Below are positions 27,683 to 38,913 of a stretch of DNA of 61,147 bases, one piece after another; within the stretch, counting starts at the first letter, position 1; each line of letters begins with the position of its first letter. Location: assembly GCA_001687465.1 (NCBI GenBank), contig LVLI01000306.1, forward strand, positions 1-61,147. Reading direction: 5' to 3'. The notes under the pieces are model-generated. The model ran no database searches. It was not told the DNA's origin and saw only the letters and a program-made list of their open reading frames with translations. The stretch comes from Halocafeteria seosinensis. Taxonomy: Eukaryota. The translations under genes were made by a program, and so were the position numbers.

Positions 27683-30600
27683 ATGAATGGGACTAGTAAT
27701 ATGGACCCTCATGGGAGTCCATTGCTGTTGTCTCAGGAAGTGCGTCGTGATCAACCCACAATTCCATGTCCTCGACTCGCTACAGGGCACTTTTGTAAGG
27801 GGAGCAACAAGTTCTTGCTTTTATACAATACTCAACCGAGGATTATGACGATGCGCACCTTGCGGCAGCAAATTCAGCTTCATAAACACGCGGGGTTAAA
27901 AGTCCCCCTGGACCCTCACCGTTCGATTGCTCCCTTCAGGTTCTCTAAATTGCCTGATTCAGACGAACGGCTGTACTTGTGGCAACAGATGCTGGTTCCA
28001 CGGTCTCCTGCGAGGGCTAAGATTGCATCGTCTGCTCATCGACGAGCCGCAGAAAGCGTCGATGAAAGCTGGCGAAGCACCAGTCTCTCAGCTCATGGTC
28101 CAAGCGAAGAAGGCAGGCACCAAATTCACGATGCCACCGACGGACAGGCTTCGATGCGGACGGAAGAGGTTGATGGCTCAAGGTCGAGCTACCGTCACTT
28201 TGCCAAAGTTACCCGACGCTTCCGGAGTGCTACTATTGAGAGCCGCTCGTCTAGAGCGCAATCGACGATATCTTGTACCGACTCGCAACGGAGTGGAAGC
28301 TCTGTTCGTCCCAGGGCACGATCAGAGTCTTTTAATCACGACAAGCCTGCAACAGAGGAAGAAGATGAACACATTGAAAATCAGCCCAGTAGTTTGAGGA
28401 CGGACTTGTCTCGGTCCTCACTGTATTCAACAGAACACTCGCTCGAGTCAGACAATTCGAGCGTCATTTCGGACACATCTAAATTTTCTGACCCATGTCA
28501 GGGTACATCTAACGTTTCTGATCGTTTTTTTAAGCCTACTGCATACCATTACGCTAAAGGACAAGAGGGGAATAAAGAAGAAGAAGAAGATTCTACCTTA
28601 TGCAAGGCACTACGAATGTTTTTGTCGAGGAGAAGAGATAAAGGGGAGGAATTGGGAGGAAATGATGTGGACGATTTGTTTGAACAGAGTAATGAGCTCC
28701 TAGAATCTGGTTCCGTACAAATGTATGGCTCGGAGGAGCTTCAGAGTGGAGGCGACGACGGTACTGATAGAACACGGAACTCGGGGTCGGTCTCCCAAAC
28801 TGAAGAGGAGTCCCGACAAAGGTACCGGACTCTCCGAGGCATTGTTCACATATTTGAATTCGAGGGACCCACTCGAGAGTTATTTGAACCTTATTGGGCA
28901 TTGCGCTGCCATGCAGTCCCACATACTGAAACAAGTGGGGAGAAGAAAGCCGGTACTAGAAACATGGGTTCCTCTGAGAGTAACGAGCCAGACCAAGCGG
29001 GACAGCACGCAGTGAGTAGTGTTGAAGATTTACCGGTGGACTGTCTTTGGTGCACAGGGCGTGCTGCTTCCCAGTCCCCTTTGCTACCTATGGCTGACTT
29101 GCGTCATCTGCCTGTATGGCTCATTAGTCAGGCATCGAAATGCGAAGAAAATGCGATCCCTTACCAATCGAAGCTATTAGCGTTGGTGTCAGCCATGACG
29201 TCACTTGTCTCACCTGCCGCTCAAGCACAGACGATGGAAAAGGCTCTTGATGGAAAAGCAGATGACTTTCGAGACGTGTCCTTTGACCTGTTTACTAATA
29301 CAGGCGGAACGAGGTCAGACACATTTCCGTATGGAACAATTCTCGCACGCAGATTCGGCAACGAACGACCCAGCTCGTGTGGCGAAATTGAGACCCTGCT
29401 AAGGAACAAACGCAAAGAAAACAACTGCTTCCAAAGATACCGTTTGCACCGCAGACTTCCTGAGGAGATCTATCAAGATCTAACATGGATGCTGGGTTTC
29501 GAAAAGAATACTGCGCTTCCTGATGCTATCCACTCTATTTTACCGAACTGCCGGGAGAAGAACAACGCGATACATGATACGAACGACTTCCTCACCTCTG
29601 TCATCGGAGTGATGCTCAATGAAGCGCATGGTTTAGGTGAAGTTACTTCTCCAACTGACTTCTGGGGCACAAACGACTCCTCTGGTCCTAATACAAAACA
29701 ACATTTACACTTCGAGAACAGGAGTACGACTGCTGTCGCCACTGTCCTCACAAATCTGTCTTCTAGCACGTCGTTTAAGGATAAGTTTTGCCGACTCCAG
29801 GGGTGCTACGAGTATGAGAAGTCCTTTAGCTCGGAGTTTCCACCCAGCGAATTATGGGCTTATCATCCTCTTGGTCTTCCTCTGGTGAAATTACTGTTTA
29901 AACTGTTAGGAGAGCGACTTGATGAGCAATCGATGTCAATAGTAGCCGCTGGTCTCCTGTCGGCGGAGCGCTCAAGAGAGTGCGACGGAGAAGGTGCCAA
30001 TGAAAATGCAGATGAAGAAGGCTCCCATGATCTCGACTCTAGCTTTTTGGCAGTTGACATTGGTGGCCTCGGATCGCAATCACCGGGGCTTAGTCAGCTC
30101 GTTTTGTCGCGGTTGGACTGGATGAAAGACTGCAAGCTTTGTATCTCTGTGTCTCAGCTCCTTGATAACGAATACCTTATGACCTCAGAAGATATTGAAG
30201 AGTCGTGCAAAAGCCTCAGTTACGTGCTACACTCTCCCAAGAGAGCGGTGTCCTTACCTCAAAAGGTTAGAAGAGTCAGAGCATCTCCTCAATCAAGCCT
30301 TACTCGAATATATGCTCAGGCGTTCGCTCACTCAACTAGTCTACAGCGGTTCACTCGCTCTATCGACGCGCCTGGTATTTCCATAAGTCGGCCACAAGCG
30401 CAAAATGGTGATTCTACGTTTCCGTTGTCAAGGAGAACCACGGATGATTATTCCACTAGTCAAGCATTCGAGTCCCCAAATTCTTCCCATACGGAGTGCC
30501 ATGATGGTCTAGATGCTATGGTTCCATCATTGTTTGGAGGCTCCATTTCTAATATCTCCCGACACTCATATTCTCGAGGACCATTTTATGAGCATGATAC

Positions 30601-31294
30601 CATTGAAGAAGGAGCAAATGAAGGCTCCCAAGAAGGCACTCAGTCTTCAGCGGGGCACCCTACATTCTCTACGAGCGAGCATGGTTCGACTGGGCACTTC
30701 GAAGCTGGACGGGAAACTTCGAAAGCCTCCTCAGTTGAAGAATCTATTTCTGTGAAAAATGACTTGACAGAGGCCGTCTCAAGGATGTCGGAAACGTTGT
30801 GCTCGGAGCCGTTATCACGCGGACCAATCAGTGCTTTGTCGAGATGCACGCCTGGAGTTAAGGATACCGTAATTATCCAAGATATGCCTGTTAAGGCTAC
30901 GGGGGAGCATACTGGTTGGTTGGAGTGGCGGGTGAGTGCGGGCGACCCACAAAACAAAACCAGAAAGGACGCTGAAGTTAATCTCCTTGACAGAAATATG
31001 AAAGATGTGTCCGAGTTTCTCTGCCGTCGATACGCCTCGAAGTTGAGTGCCTCTGGGCTGCATCAGAGCGCCCAACTTTTCAATTGCCTTAGCTCTGGGG
31101 ACTACGGTAGCCTCGCACAAAACACACTCCAGCACCAAGCGCCTCATCGAGAAACTCCTGTCACTTCTGACGTTATGACGAGTCGAGGGCAAACGGGGGC
31201 CTCTGGTGACTCTGTCAGTGGCACCTCCGAGAGCGAATACATGATGCCGTTTGGCTTCACGAGTACCCGAATGAAAAAAGTTCAGTCAGTTTAA
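27683..31294 (+). CDS. Large Ser-rich hypothetical protein (about 1200 aa), start uncertain
   Basis: 3.6-kb uninterrupted ORF with no domain recognised. Confidence 0.7.
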   Translation: MNGTSNMDPHGSPLLLSQEVRRDQPTIPCPRLATGHFCKGSNKFLLLYNTQPRIMTMRTLRQQIQLHKHAGLKVPLDPHRSIAPFRFSKLPDSDERLYLWQQMLVPRSPARAKIASSAHRRAAESVDESWRSTSLSAHGPSEEGRHQIHDATDGQASMRTEEVDGSRSSYRHFAKVTRRFRSATIESRSSRAQSTISCTDSQRSGSSVRPRARSESFNHDKPATEEEDEHIENQPSSLRTDLSRSSLYSTEHSLESDNSSVISDTSKFSDPCQGTSNVSDRFFKPTAYHYAKGQEGNKEEEEDSTLCKALRMFLSRRRDKGEELGGNDVDDLFEQSNELLESGSVQMYGSEELQSGGDDGTDRTRNSGSVSQTEEESRQRYRTLRGIVHIFEFEGPTRELFEPYWALRCHAVPHTETSGEKKAGTRNMGSSESNEPDQAGQHAVSSVEDLPVDCLWCTGRAASQSPLLPMADLRHLPVWLISQASKCEENAIPYQSKLLALVSAMTSLVSPAAQAQTMEKALDGKADDFRDVSFDLFTNTGGTRSDTFPYGTILARRFGNERPSSCGEIETLLRNKRKENNCFQRYRLHRRLPEEIYQDLTWMLGFEKNTALPDAIHSILPNCREKNNAIHDTNDFLTSVIGVMLNEAHGLGEVTSPTDFWGTNDSSGPNTKQHLHFENRSTTAVATVLTNLSSSTSFKDKFCRLQGCYEYEKSFSSEFPPSELWAYHPLGLPLVKLLFKLLGERLDEQSMSIVAAGLLSAERSRECDGEGANENADEEGSHDLDSSFLAVDIGGLGSQSPGLSQLVLSRLDWMKDCKLCISVSQLLDNEYLMTSEDIEESCKSLSYVLHSPKRAVSLPQKVRRVRASPQSSLTRIYAQAFAHSTSLQRFTRSIDAPGISISRPQAQNGDSTFPLSRRTTDDYSTSQAFESPNSSHTECHDGLDAMVPSLFGGSISNISRHSYSRGPFYEHDTIEEGANEGSQEGTQSSAGHPTFSTSEHGSTGHFEAGRETSKASSVEESISVKNDLTEAVSRMSETLCSEPLSRGPISALSRCTPGVKDTVIIQDMPVKATGEHTGWLEWRVSAGDPQNKTRKDAEVNLLDRNMKDVSEFLCRRYASKLSASGLHQSAQLFNCLSSGDYGSLAQNTLQHQAPHRETPVTSDVMTSRGQTGASGDSVSGTSESEYMMPFGFTSTRMKKVQSV

Positions 31295-31371
31295 GTTTGA
31301 GAAGGCGTACTGGTAATTACGAGTTGCGAAAGCGTTCATGTTCATTCACCAGCACAGAACCGTACTTGGTC

Positions 31372-32994
31372 TTACGCTGAAGACGATTTTGGCTCGAGAC
31401 TCAGGTCAATCCGCGAGAGGACGCTATACGTTACGAAGAGACAGAAGAACGCGATTATCAACATCAGTGGCTCACGCAGCATGTAGAGCGATGGCATACT
31501 GTACTTCACGCGTACCTCGCCAGAATGTTGCTTCACAATATTTGAAGTCCGGAGGACAACAATAGGTCGCCCTTCCAACGCATCCAAATACGTAAACCTT
31601 CTGCTGGAATCTCTCTTCACTGAGTGGGGCGAGTCTACCTCTACGTTTGTAGCCCCTTCCGGAAGCACAACTTTCACTGTGTAGTCTTGAACATAACCTT
31701 CCGAATAGGGAATGTTGAAGGGAAATGTAACCTCAAACGTATTTGTTGACTGATCGTATGTCATCGCAACTTCAGAGTCCAAGTTATACCCCTGGTACCA
31801 CTCAGTCTTGTATCCTCCAAATACAGGGAACCGTGGTGATATCTGTCACAGCATAATGCCACTTACACTTAAAACAGTTTAGTCGACAGCAACGAACGCT
31901 TACCTCCATCACTGTGCCGTGCCTGTCTGTTCTTACGTTTGACGTCGTAACATTGCCAATAATGTCACGATAGTAAATGTCCTTGCTGCCAAAAGGAAGT
32001 GTTGCCGTCAACTGGGTCAGGACATTGGCCGTATGCCCTCTCAGTTGGTAATCAACACGACTAAACAAACCATCCCGTAACTCCGCTCCATCATGCTTCA
32101 GAGAATAATGCTCCTCCACAGCCACGTTACCCCATTGTGAAATTTCAATTTCTCGCTCCACTTCACGGAACGTCACAAAAGGATGGTTCGTCTCGAAATG
32201 TATTCGAACAGGTAAGCTACTATATGGGGATACACTTTCGAAAGGACCATATTTGAGAGATTCTCCGTCTTCTTTCGCGTGTTCTTCTTCTGTATAGCTT
32301 TCAATATTCTTGGTCCCCAGCTTGAACGTCGTGCTCTGCAGTGTCAACCCTCATACCATGGTTACCAACCAACGTCGGGGCAATAAATACACAGTCACTA
32401 ACCTGTTTTTCGGACTTATATGGAGAGGCGTACTTTGCATCAGCATGTAGTACTGCGAACTGGCTTTCGTCCTGTTCGATGACTTCTGGGAACGGCTGAA
32501 GTAGATTTGTAAACACGGTTTGCACCCGGATCACCGTCTCTTCTCCAGAAGAAAGGCCAGCATCTGGGAGTTCTATTGCATAATGAACAAACCCCTTTCT
32601 GCACTCCAGTAGCAGGAATTCTATCCCATTTCAAAGCCAACAATTAGCTTTATACAAGATATTCTGAGAAACCGTACCTCTGGTGCTTGCCGTCCTGCCG
32701 AATTTCGTAGTGCTGCTGCTGGTTCTCATGGTCCAGAGCCATGATGAAAGCCAGTTTATCAGCCCAATCTTGTGGCAAAGCGAATAAATACTCGGATACC
32801 GTTTCTTTCCCATCGTTCCGAGCTCTTATTGTGTATGTCCCACGCACAACATGTTTGGCCGTGAAGAAGGTCCTCGATACGCGTTCATTGACGATCTCTG
32901 AGGTGCCGCTAGCCGCGGCATGAGCAGACGAAAGCAGCACAGAAAGCGCGACTAACGCGGGGAAAACTACTGTGCAAAGACCTTTGGAAACCAT
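31372..32994 (-). CDS. RPN1: Ribophorin I (oligosaccharyltransferase subunit OST1), 4 exons
   Basis: Signal peptide. Motifs REIEISQWGNVAVEEHY, FSRVDYQ, DIYYRDIIGNVTTS, PRFPVFGGYKTEW, KVVLPEGA and TYLD, then EPL followed by a TM helix. Confidence 0.95.
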
Positions 32995-33502
32995 TGTAAA
33001 ATAAGCCTTTATGCGTATTGGTCTCCGAAAAGGATATCTTCTTTTCCGTTTCCAAACAAGGATTCCAAACTATTCCAACCCCGTTGGAACTTGTATACCA
33101 GAAGGCAAACGTAAGCGGACCAACTGTATCGAATCGCACTACCGCATTCCTTATATATGGCGCATGTAAAGGTCAAAAAGACCCAATAAACGAGCCTTCG
33201 GTATCCGAAGGAAAGTTTGTTGCATTTGTTCAAGTGAAGAACTCGGAACGCAGAAGCATCGGGAAGTACAATTGTATGCACAAGTGCAGTGTAAACTATC
33301 AAATACACTGGCTACTAACATGAATTACGCAGCGATATCCTAGGCAAGAAGATGATAGCTATTGTTCTCGGTCACGCTACCGGAGTGCGATAAGTGAGCA
33401 ATGGAATTTAATGACAGTGTACAGTGACCAGTAGTGACTGCTGAATTCGAAACTCCATTCTGTCCATTCCATTCCAAGCTTCGGGGTAACTAGTCTAGAT
33501 AC

Positions 33503-35293
33503 TCAGGGAGGACGATTGCTCAAGATAGCGTTCAGTAACGCTTGCGCAGCTGAACGGCTATCCGCTTCAGAAGAATCCGTGTCAGCGTCAAAATTTTCTG
33601 GAGCGCGATTTCCAAATCGACGACCGGCTTCCACGCGCAGGTACCGGTTGTGCGAATATTCCTCTCGTGCGTTTTCACACACTTTCGGGGTTAAACTACT
33701 TTCACTGAATGGAAGAAACTGTATCCATATGGCAGCTCCAAGTTCCGTCGATTCTTTCCACCTGTTCAAGATCCATTTACCAGCCTCGTCTGAAATCATC
33801 GCACTGGCTACATGTATTTTCCAGTCCTCTGAAGACGCGTCGCTATCTTGGAACAAACCGTCCGAGTGCGAATCTCCATCTAAAGTGGAGTCCTCCACTT
33901 TCGAAACCTTGGGGGCTGGCATCCGAATCGGCGATGAGTTATCGTTATTGATTACAACTAAACCGGCTGCTCCGGCCCTTTGCGCAAAGAGTGCCTTTCT
34001 GTGGAACTCACACTTTCCACGTTCCACCAAAATCACTGCATTTACCACTCTGTCTTCATTCTTCAATATTTCACACGCATGGAGTGGGTCAGCATAAACA
34101 GCCCTCCGACTCTCACATGGAAATGCTCCGCCAAATAATGCGGAAGCGAACAAGAATTGCCTGTCTTGGTGAATGATTAGGTTACCTGTGAGAGACTCGC
34201 GTTGCTGCGTGACACGAAGCTTTCCATGATGAGAATGAAAAAAGCACTCGCTGTCGGAGCAGAATGCGAAAGCATTGTCTTCAGCTGCGGAAGCATGCGA
34301 GTGGTGGATCGCTTCGTCTTCTGATTGAAGGCCTTCGTCAAAGCTCTTGATGATAGATACGCTACGGTTAGCATCTGTTATCTTTTGGTTGATGATCTGT
34401 TCTAGCAGCAAAGGCGAATACACTTCTGGTGGACGAATTCTCAGTACTGTCGGTTTGTACTCGTGTTGCGCCGAAACCCTGGTACATGTCTGCTTCCCCA
34501 ACGCTGTAGAACAAACGACTTCTTCTTTGGGCTGCTCTGAAAAATATTCTCTGAGCTTTCCAATAGCCGCAGGTGGTTCAAGGTCTGTGAGAGGCTCTCC
34601 ATTAACCGCTATTATCCTTTCCCCTACTAAGATTGCTCCGGTATCGAGAGCTTGCAGCACGCTTGACTCCGTTTCCATCCCAAAGTCGTCTGGCGTAATA
34701 TACCCTAAAACAATCAAATCATCTGACACATTTAAACCTAATGGCGAGTTACCGTCCAACTCAATTTCGAAGTCGAAGGAAGTGGCACGCTCGGACATTG
34801 GTACCCCTCGTTGACTTGCGGATGCCAAGAAAGTTACTACGCGGGGAGACGGCATCTCCCGTAGAAGCCTTGCCGTCTCAAAAACAGTAAGATGTCTCAC
34901 AGGGAGACCATTTACTTCGACCAGAACATCTCCGATTTGTATGAGGCCGGATGATTCAGCCTGTAGGAAAGCTCCTTCTCTGCTTCTGGCAAACTGCAGA
35001 ACTCGGTAGTCATCATCGAGTTGCAGTCCTAGAGAGCCGGGGAACGGAAACACCACGTGATAATGCGAATTTTGATCATGGTCCCACTTGCCAAATTCTG
35101 AGGCTCGCTTAAGGTTGTAGACTTCAGTGCTGCTATGATCCTTGCCTGATGCCTCCGCAAATCGCACTACGGGGAAGCTGATGAGCTGATGTTTCCATAG
35201 GTGGCCGCAACAATGTCCTGGGGATCTGCCAAGCTCACTCTCGAAGCAACACAATAGGAAAAGGGACAGGACAGCTAGAGGACAACTTCGCAT
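33503..35293 (-). CDS. Predicted secreted protein with two PDZ domains and a PA (protease-associated) domain
   Basis: PDZ motifs GSLGLQL...IQIGDVLVEVNG and SPLGLNV...VGERIIAVNG. PA motif ADPLHAC...LVERGKCEFHRKALFAQRAGAAGLVVIN. Hydrophobic N-terminus. Confidence 0.75.
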   Translation of the reverse strand: MRSCPLAVLSLFLLCCFESELGRSPGHCCGHLWKHQLISFPVVRFAEASGKDHSSTEVYNLKRASEFGKWDHDQNSHYHVVFPFPGSLGLQLDDDYRVLQFARSREGAFLQAESSGLIQIGDVLVEVNGLPVRHLTVFETARLLREMPSPRVVTFLASASQRGVPMSERATSFDFEIELDGNSPLGLNVSDDLIVLGYITPDDFGMETESSVLQALDTGAILVGERIIAVNGEPLTDLEPPAAIGKLREYFSEQPKEEVVCSTALGKQTCTRVSAQHEYKPTVLRIRPPEVYSPLLLEQIINQKITDANRSVSIIKSFDEGLQSEDEAIHHSHASAAEDNAFAFCSDSECFFHSHHGKLRVTQQRESLTGNLIIHQDRQFLFASALFGGAFPCESRRAVYADPLHACEILKNEDRVVNAVILVERGKCEFHRKALFAQRAGAAGLVVINNDNSSPIRMPAPKVSKVEDSTLDGDSHSDGLFQDSDASSEDWKIHVASAMISDEAGKWILNRWKESTELGAAIWIQFLPFSESSLTPKVCENAREEYSHNRYLRVEAGRRFGNRAPENFDADTDSSEADSRSAAQALLNAILSNRPP

Positions 35294-35832
35294 TTGTGCA
35301 AGTACTCTTCAACGTGGTCAAATGTGGTCCGTGGCATCCCAACTCTCGGAACGCTGGCAGTTCTACCGATGTTTTCCCTTCTTTCTTTCGGAAGCTAGTC
35401 AACGCTACCAATAAGGGGGTCCCTCCAGTTTTCTTGTCTTTCTGTCTGACGCAGTGAGCATCATTGCAAAGTTGAAGTTCCCAACAAAGTTGAAGTTATG
35501 TGACCCTTCGGCGCGAGAAGTTCGAAGCGAAGTCAACAAGCGGTGAAAGTGGTTTATACGAGAGGATTGAAGCAAAAAAAGCGTCAATGGTGCAGATACG
35601 AGTTAAATAGGATACTAGGGAATTGATAGAGTAGAAAATAGATCTTCGTGGAGCAAGTGGTTGCGTGCCGTATGGGAACATCCACTGGGAATACCTTTTT
35701 TGTCGCCCTTCGGCTACCCCAATCTGACCACCTGCTCGAGGAATAGTTGTCTGGGTTATACCATGCGCTAAATGCTGGCATACAAGTGCAATAAAGTGTA
35801 GCGTCGTCTCTGCACTCCGTCGGAAGGAGAAA

Positions 35833-37298
35833 ATGGCCAAAGATACATCAGAAAAGCCGCTAATCAGCGCGCTCTACGGTGTGATCCCAGGAGTCTCGGG
35901 CTTCATCGCTGGGTCATGTGGAGTTCTTGTGGGTAATCCATTTGACACCATTCGTGTCAGATTAGCTGCTGGACCTGGAGGATCCGGTATGTACCATTTA
36001 TGATTGAAGTTTCGGGTTTATTGGCGTTCTCAAGACGTGGTGAGAGGCGTAGAAAGCGAGAATGTCCCAAGTTGTGAAGGTGTTGACTCCTGTTCACAGT
36101 GTGTATAGCGGGTTATTATGAGTGTTCTGTCGGACCGCACAGGTATGAAAATATTTAAGAAAATGATAAGGAAAGAGGGAATGGGATCAATGTATCGAGG
36201 TATTGGACCACCGTTAATGAGCGTAGGGATTAGTAAGTTCCGGACACAAACGATGTCTCTCCGAATTCTGAACAAGTATGTTCATGGGTAACCGCAGTTA
36301 GCACTGTGACATTCTCAACATTAGAGTTCACGAAGGCAAAACTTGAAAGGTTCAAGGGACTCTCCGAAGATGTTAAGACATATATTTCAGGATTCTGTGC
36401 GGGTGCCACAGTTTCACTAATTTCCACACCAAGCAACTTGCTCCGAGTGCAATTGCAGACATCTAAATTAAGCTCGCGGAAGAGTAGCAAAACAAAGAAA
36501 GACAAAGTGTCGCATTCATCACCTTCCTGCAGCTCTGGTTCATCATCATCTAGTACCGCGGCGACATGTGAGCCGAAACATGGTTCGAACGCCCGATTTA
36601 GCACTGCGGCCGGCGCGTCTGCGGTACAATCAGAGTCAACAGGTACTTCTGATCCCTCAGAAGTGAAAAAGAATACGAAGAAGGCCCCCAAAGGATCTTC
36701 AAAGTTTAAATTCCCCTTTAACACTGTGACGTTAGCTCGAGAAACGTGGAGGTACTTTGGCATCAGGGGGTTTTATCGATGTTTTCATATACAATGTATT
36801 GTGGAGGCCATCGGCCGGGGCTTCTATTTTACGACTTATGACATCGTGAAAAAGTGGTTCATGAGATACAATGCCGGATACAGCATATTCGAACCTGTTG
36901 TCGACGCTCGTATGACGGAGAAGAGCTTAACGATATCCCAGAGGATGTTTGCTGGGGGCAGTGCGGGGTTTATGGCTTGGCTTCTGATATATCCTATGGA
37001 TGTAATAAAAACCAGGATGATGAGTCAAAGACAGAACGACGTGTTACAGAAAATACAAGAGGCTCGTTCGGGAAGTCGTGAATGTGGGAAGAAGGAATTC
37101 CCCTTGCTCTACAAGAGTACATGGGATTGCGTCAAAAAGTCATACCAAAATGAAGGGCCCACTGTCTTTTTTCGCGGGATCACCATCACGCTTGTTCGAT
37201 CGGTACCGGTGGCTGTTGCTGTGCTTCCTACGTATGAGTTCTGCGTGAAGTTATTTACGAGAGAAGTAGCGAAGCTTGAAGGGTCTTCGGAATCATAA
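35833..37298 (+). CDS. Mitochondrial carrier (SLC25), resembling the carnitine/basic amino-acid carrier group, 3 exons
   Basis: Motifs GNPFDTIRVRL, EGMGSMYRGIGPPL, YPMDVIKTRM and FFRGITITLVRSVP. Confidence 0.9.
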
Positions 37299-38135
37299 AG
37301 ATAACTAACGACAATGTTCATGATGAGTTGCTAGTATTTATCCGGTAGTTGTGAGCATGAAGACGTATTACAACTTTGCCACTGTTAAAAGACAAGTTAT
37401 TTGTGAAGCTACTTCGGCGAGAATAAGAAAGCTACCTAAAAACAGCGTACATTCAGCAAGGTGGGTCTACTATTCGGATCGCTCCGTGCGTTGGCAGCTT
37501 CTGTTAACCGGGTGGAGAGCTTCAATTCGTGGGACAACCTCCCTATACGACGTGGCAGCGAGGTAGCACCCTTAAAGAGGAGCATCGAACGATTAAAGTT
37601 GAGAGTCATGTCTTTTAGAATAGATATTGGTTGAGGTAGTGCCCTAAGTGTACGGGGGCGTGAACAATTGTTAGTTTACTGGCTCTGTGATACGTGGTAC
37701 ATTGGTCTACACTGATATGTTACTGGCGTTTGCCACGATGTTCCCATGGATGGAAGCTACATCATTCAACGCATAACCTGTCGCGGCGCTACTATGCAAG
37801 TTACTTTGTTTTCACGACATTGTACAGTACCACTAGAATCGGTAGTTATTAGTTAACCACAGCTTTGGGTCAGCGGCGTACCTTCGTTTTGTCTTCCATC
37901 ATCTCTCCACTTTATCGCAATTATCTATTTCAAACTCCCACTTTGAAATTGGCACTATTTTGTAACCAAATGGTGTAGTTACGCACTGAGTGCATTCGAC
38001 GAACAGCTGATAATATCAACTCGATTATAAGAATTTTGAATTGAAAACATCATTTACACAAGAAACGGAGGAAATGGCACCTCTTCCTGATATAGCATTA
38101 GATTCAATTTTTGCTAAGCGGCACTATCATGCATC

Positions 38136-38773
38136 ATGAGCGTCCCCCGCCAGGAAGTCGTGGAGCGATTTCAACGGCCGCCCCGATCCAAGGCTTCAGG
38201 AGTTCCAGCTGCAGATATCTCGGCCTTCAGGAGGTATTTCAGGAAGCGTCCTGCAGCAGACATTTCGGGCAGCACCCAAGAAGATGACAAAGAGAATGAG
38301 GAGCCAACGTTTGCGTCGGAGACTGACTATTGGGATCATCGAACGGAAAAACTCAAACAGCAAGCTGCCAAGCCCAAGTACTCGTTGCTCAGTGGGATAG
38401 CTGTTTATATTGACGGTTCTACAGGGAGAATATGTCACTACACTTTGGTAAAATTGATACAACGATACGGAGGAACAGTGCTTAACATGCCGAGCAAAAC
38501 AAAATGCACGCATATCTTGGCCAAAAACTTGAACGGCAGCAAAATCGATTCGTCAATAAAGGTGAGTCTAGAAAGAGAGAATACGAGTGTACGGTTGTAG
38601 TTGCGATAGATAAAATGCTGTAACGATGTGCTTCACAGGATGGTTTAAAGATCCCTGTGGTCGACCCGGAGTGGATTCTGGCTTGCATCAAACAGAAGAA
38701 GCTCTTGCCAGTGCACAAGTACCTAACCGTCAGGGATCCGGAACTCACAACGCTTGATGAATCGCATCTCTGA
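38136..38773 (+). CDS. Small stand-alone BRCT-domain protein (REV1-like BRCT), 2 exons
   Basis: LLSGIAVYIDG...LIQRYGG...CTHILA, then intron 38562-38638, then IPVVDPEWILACIKQKKLLPVHKYL. Confidence 0.8.
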
Positions 38774-38913
38774 AGTTCGGTTGGGTCTTCGTTTCCATTA
38801 CTCGTTTTCATATCGCAGATCAACGTACTAGAGCGTTTTCGCCGAGTTTGGATAGAAATTCTTGGCTGGAATCGGTGGAATCTGTATCTACAGTCCCAGG
38901 CCCCTCAAATTTG

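Noticed and set aside
33195..33211. Hairpin CCTTCGG-TAT-CCGAAGG with the same 7+3+7 geometry as the histone element
   Set aside because: Different stem sequence, not next to a histone gene, and a single occurrence.
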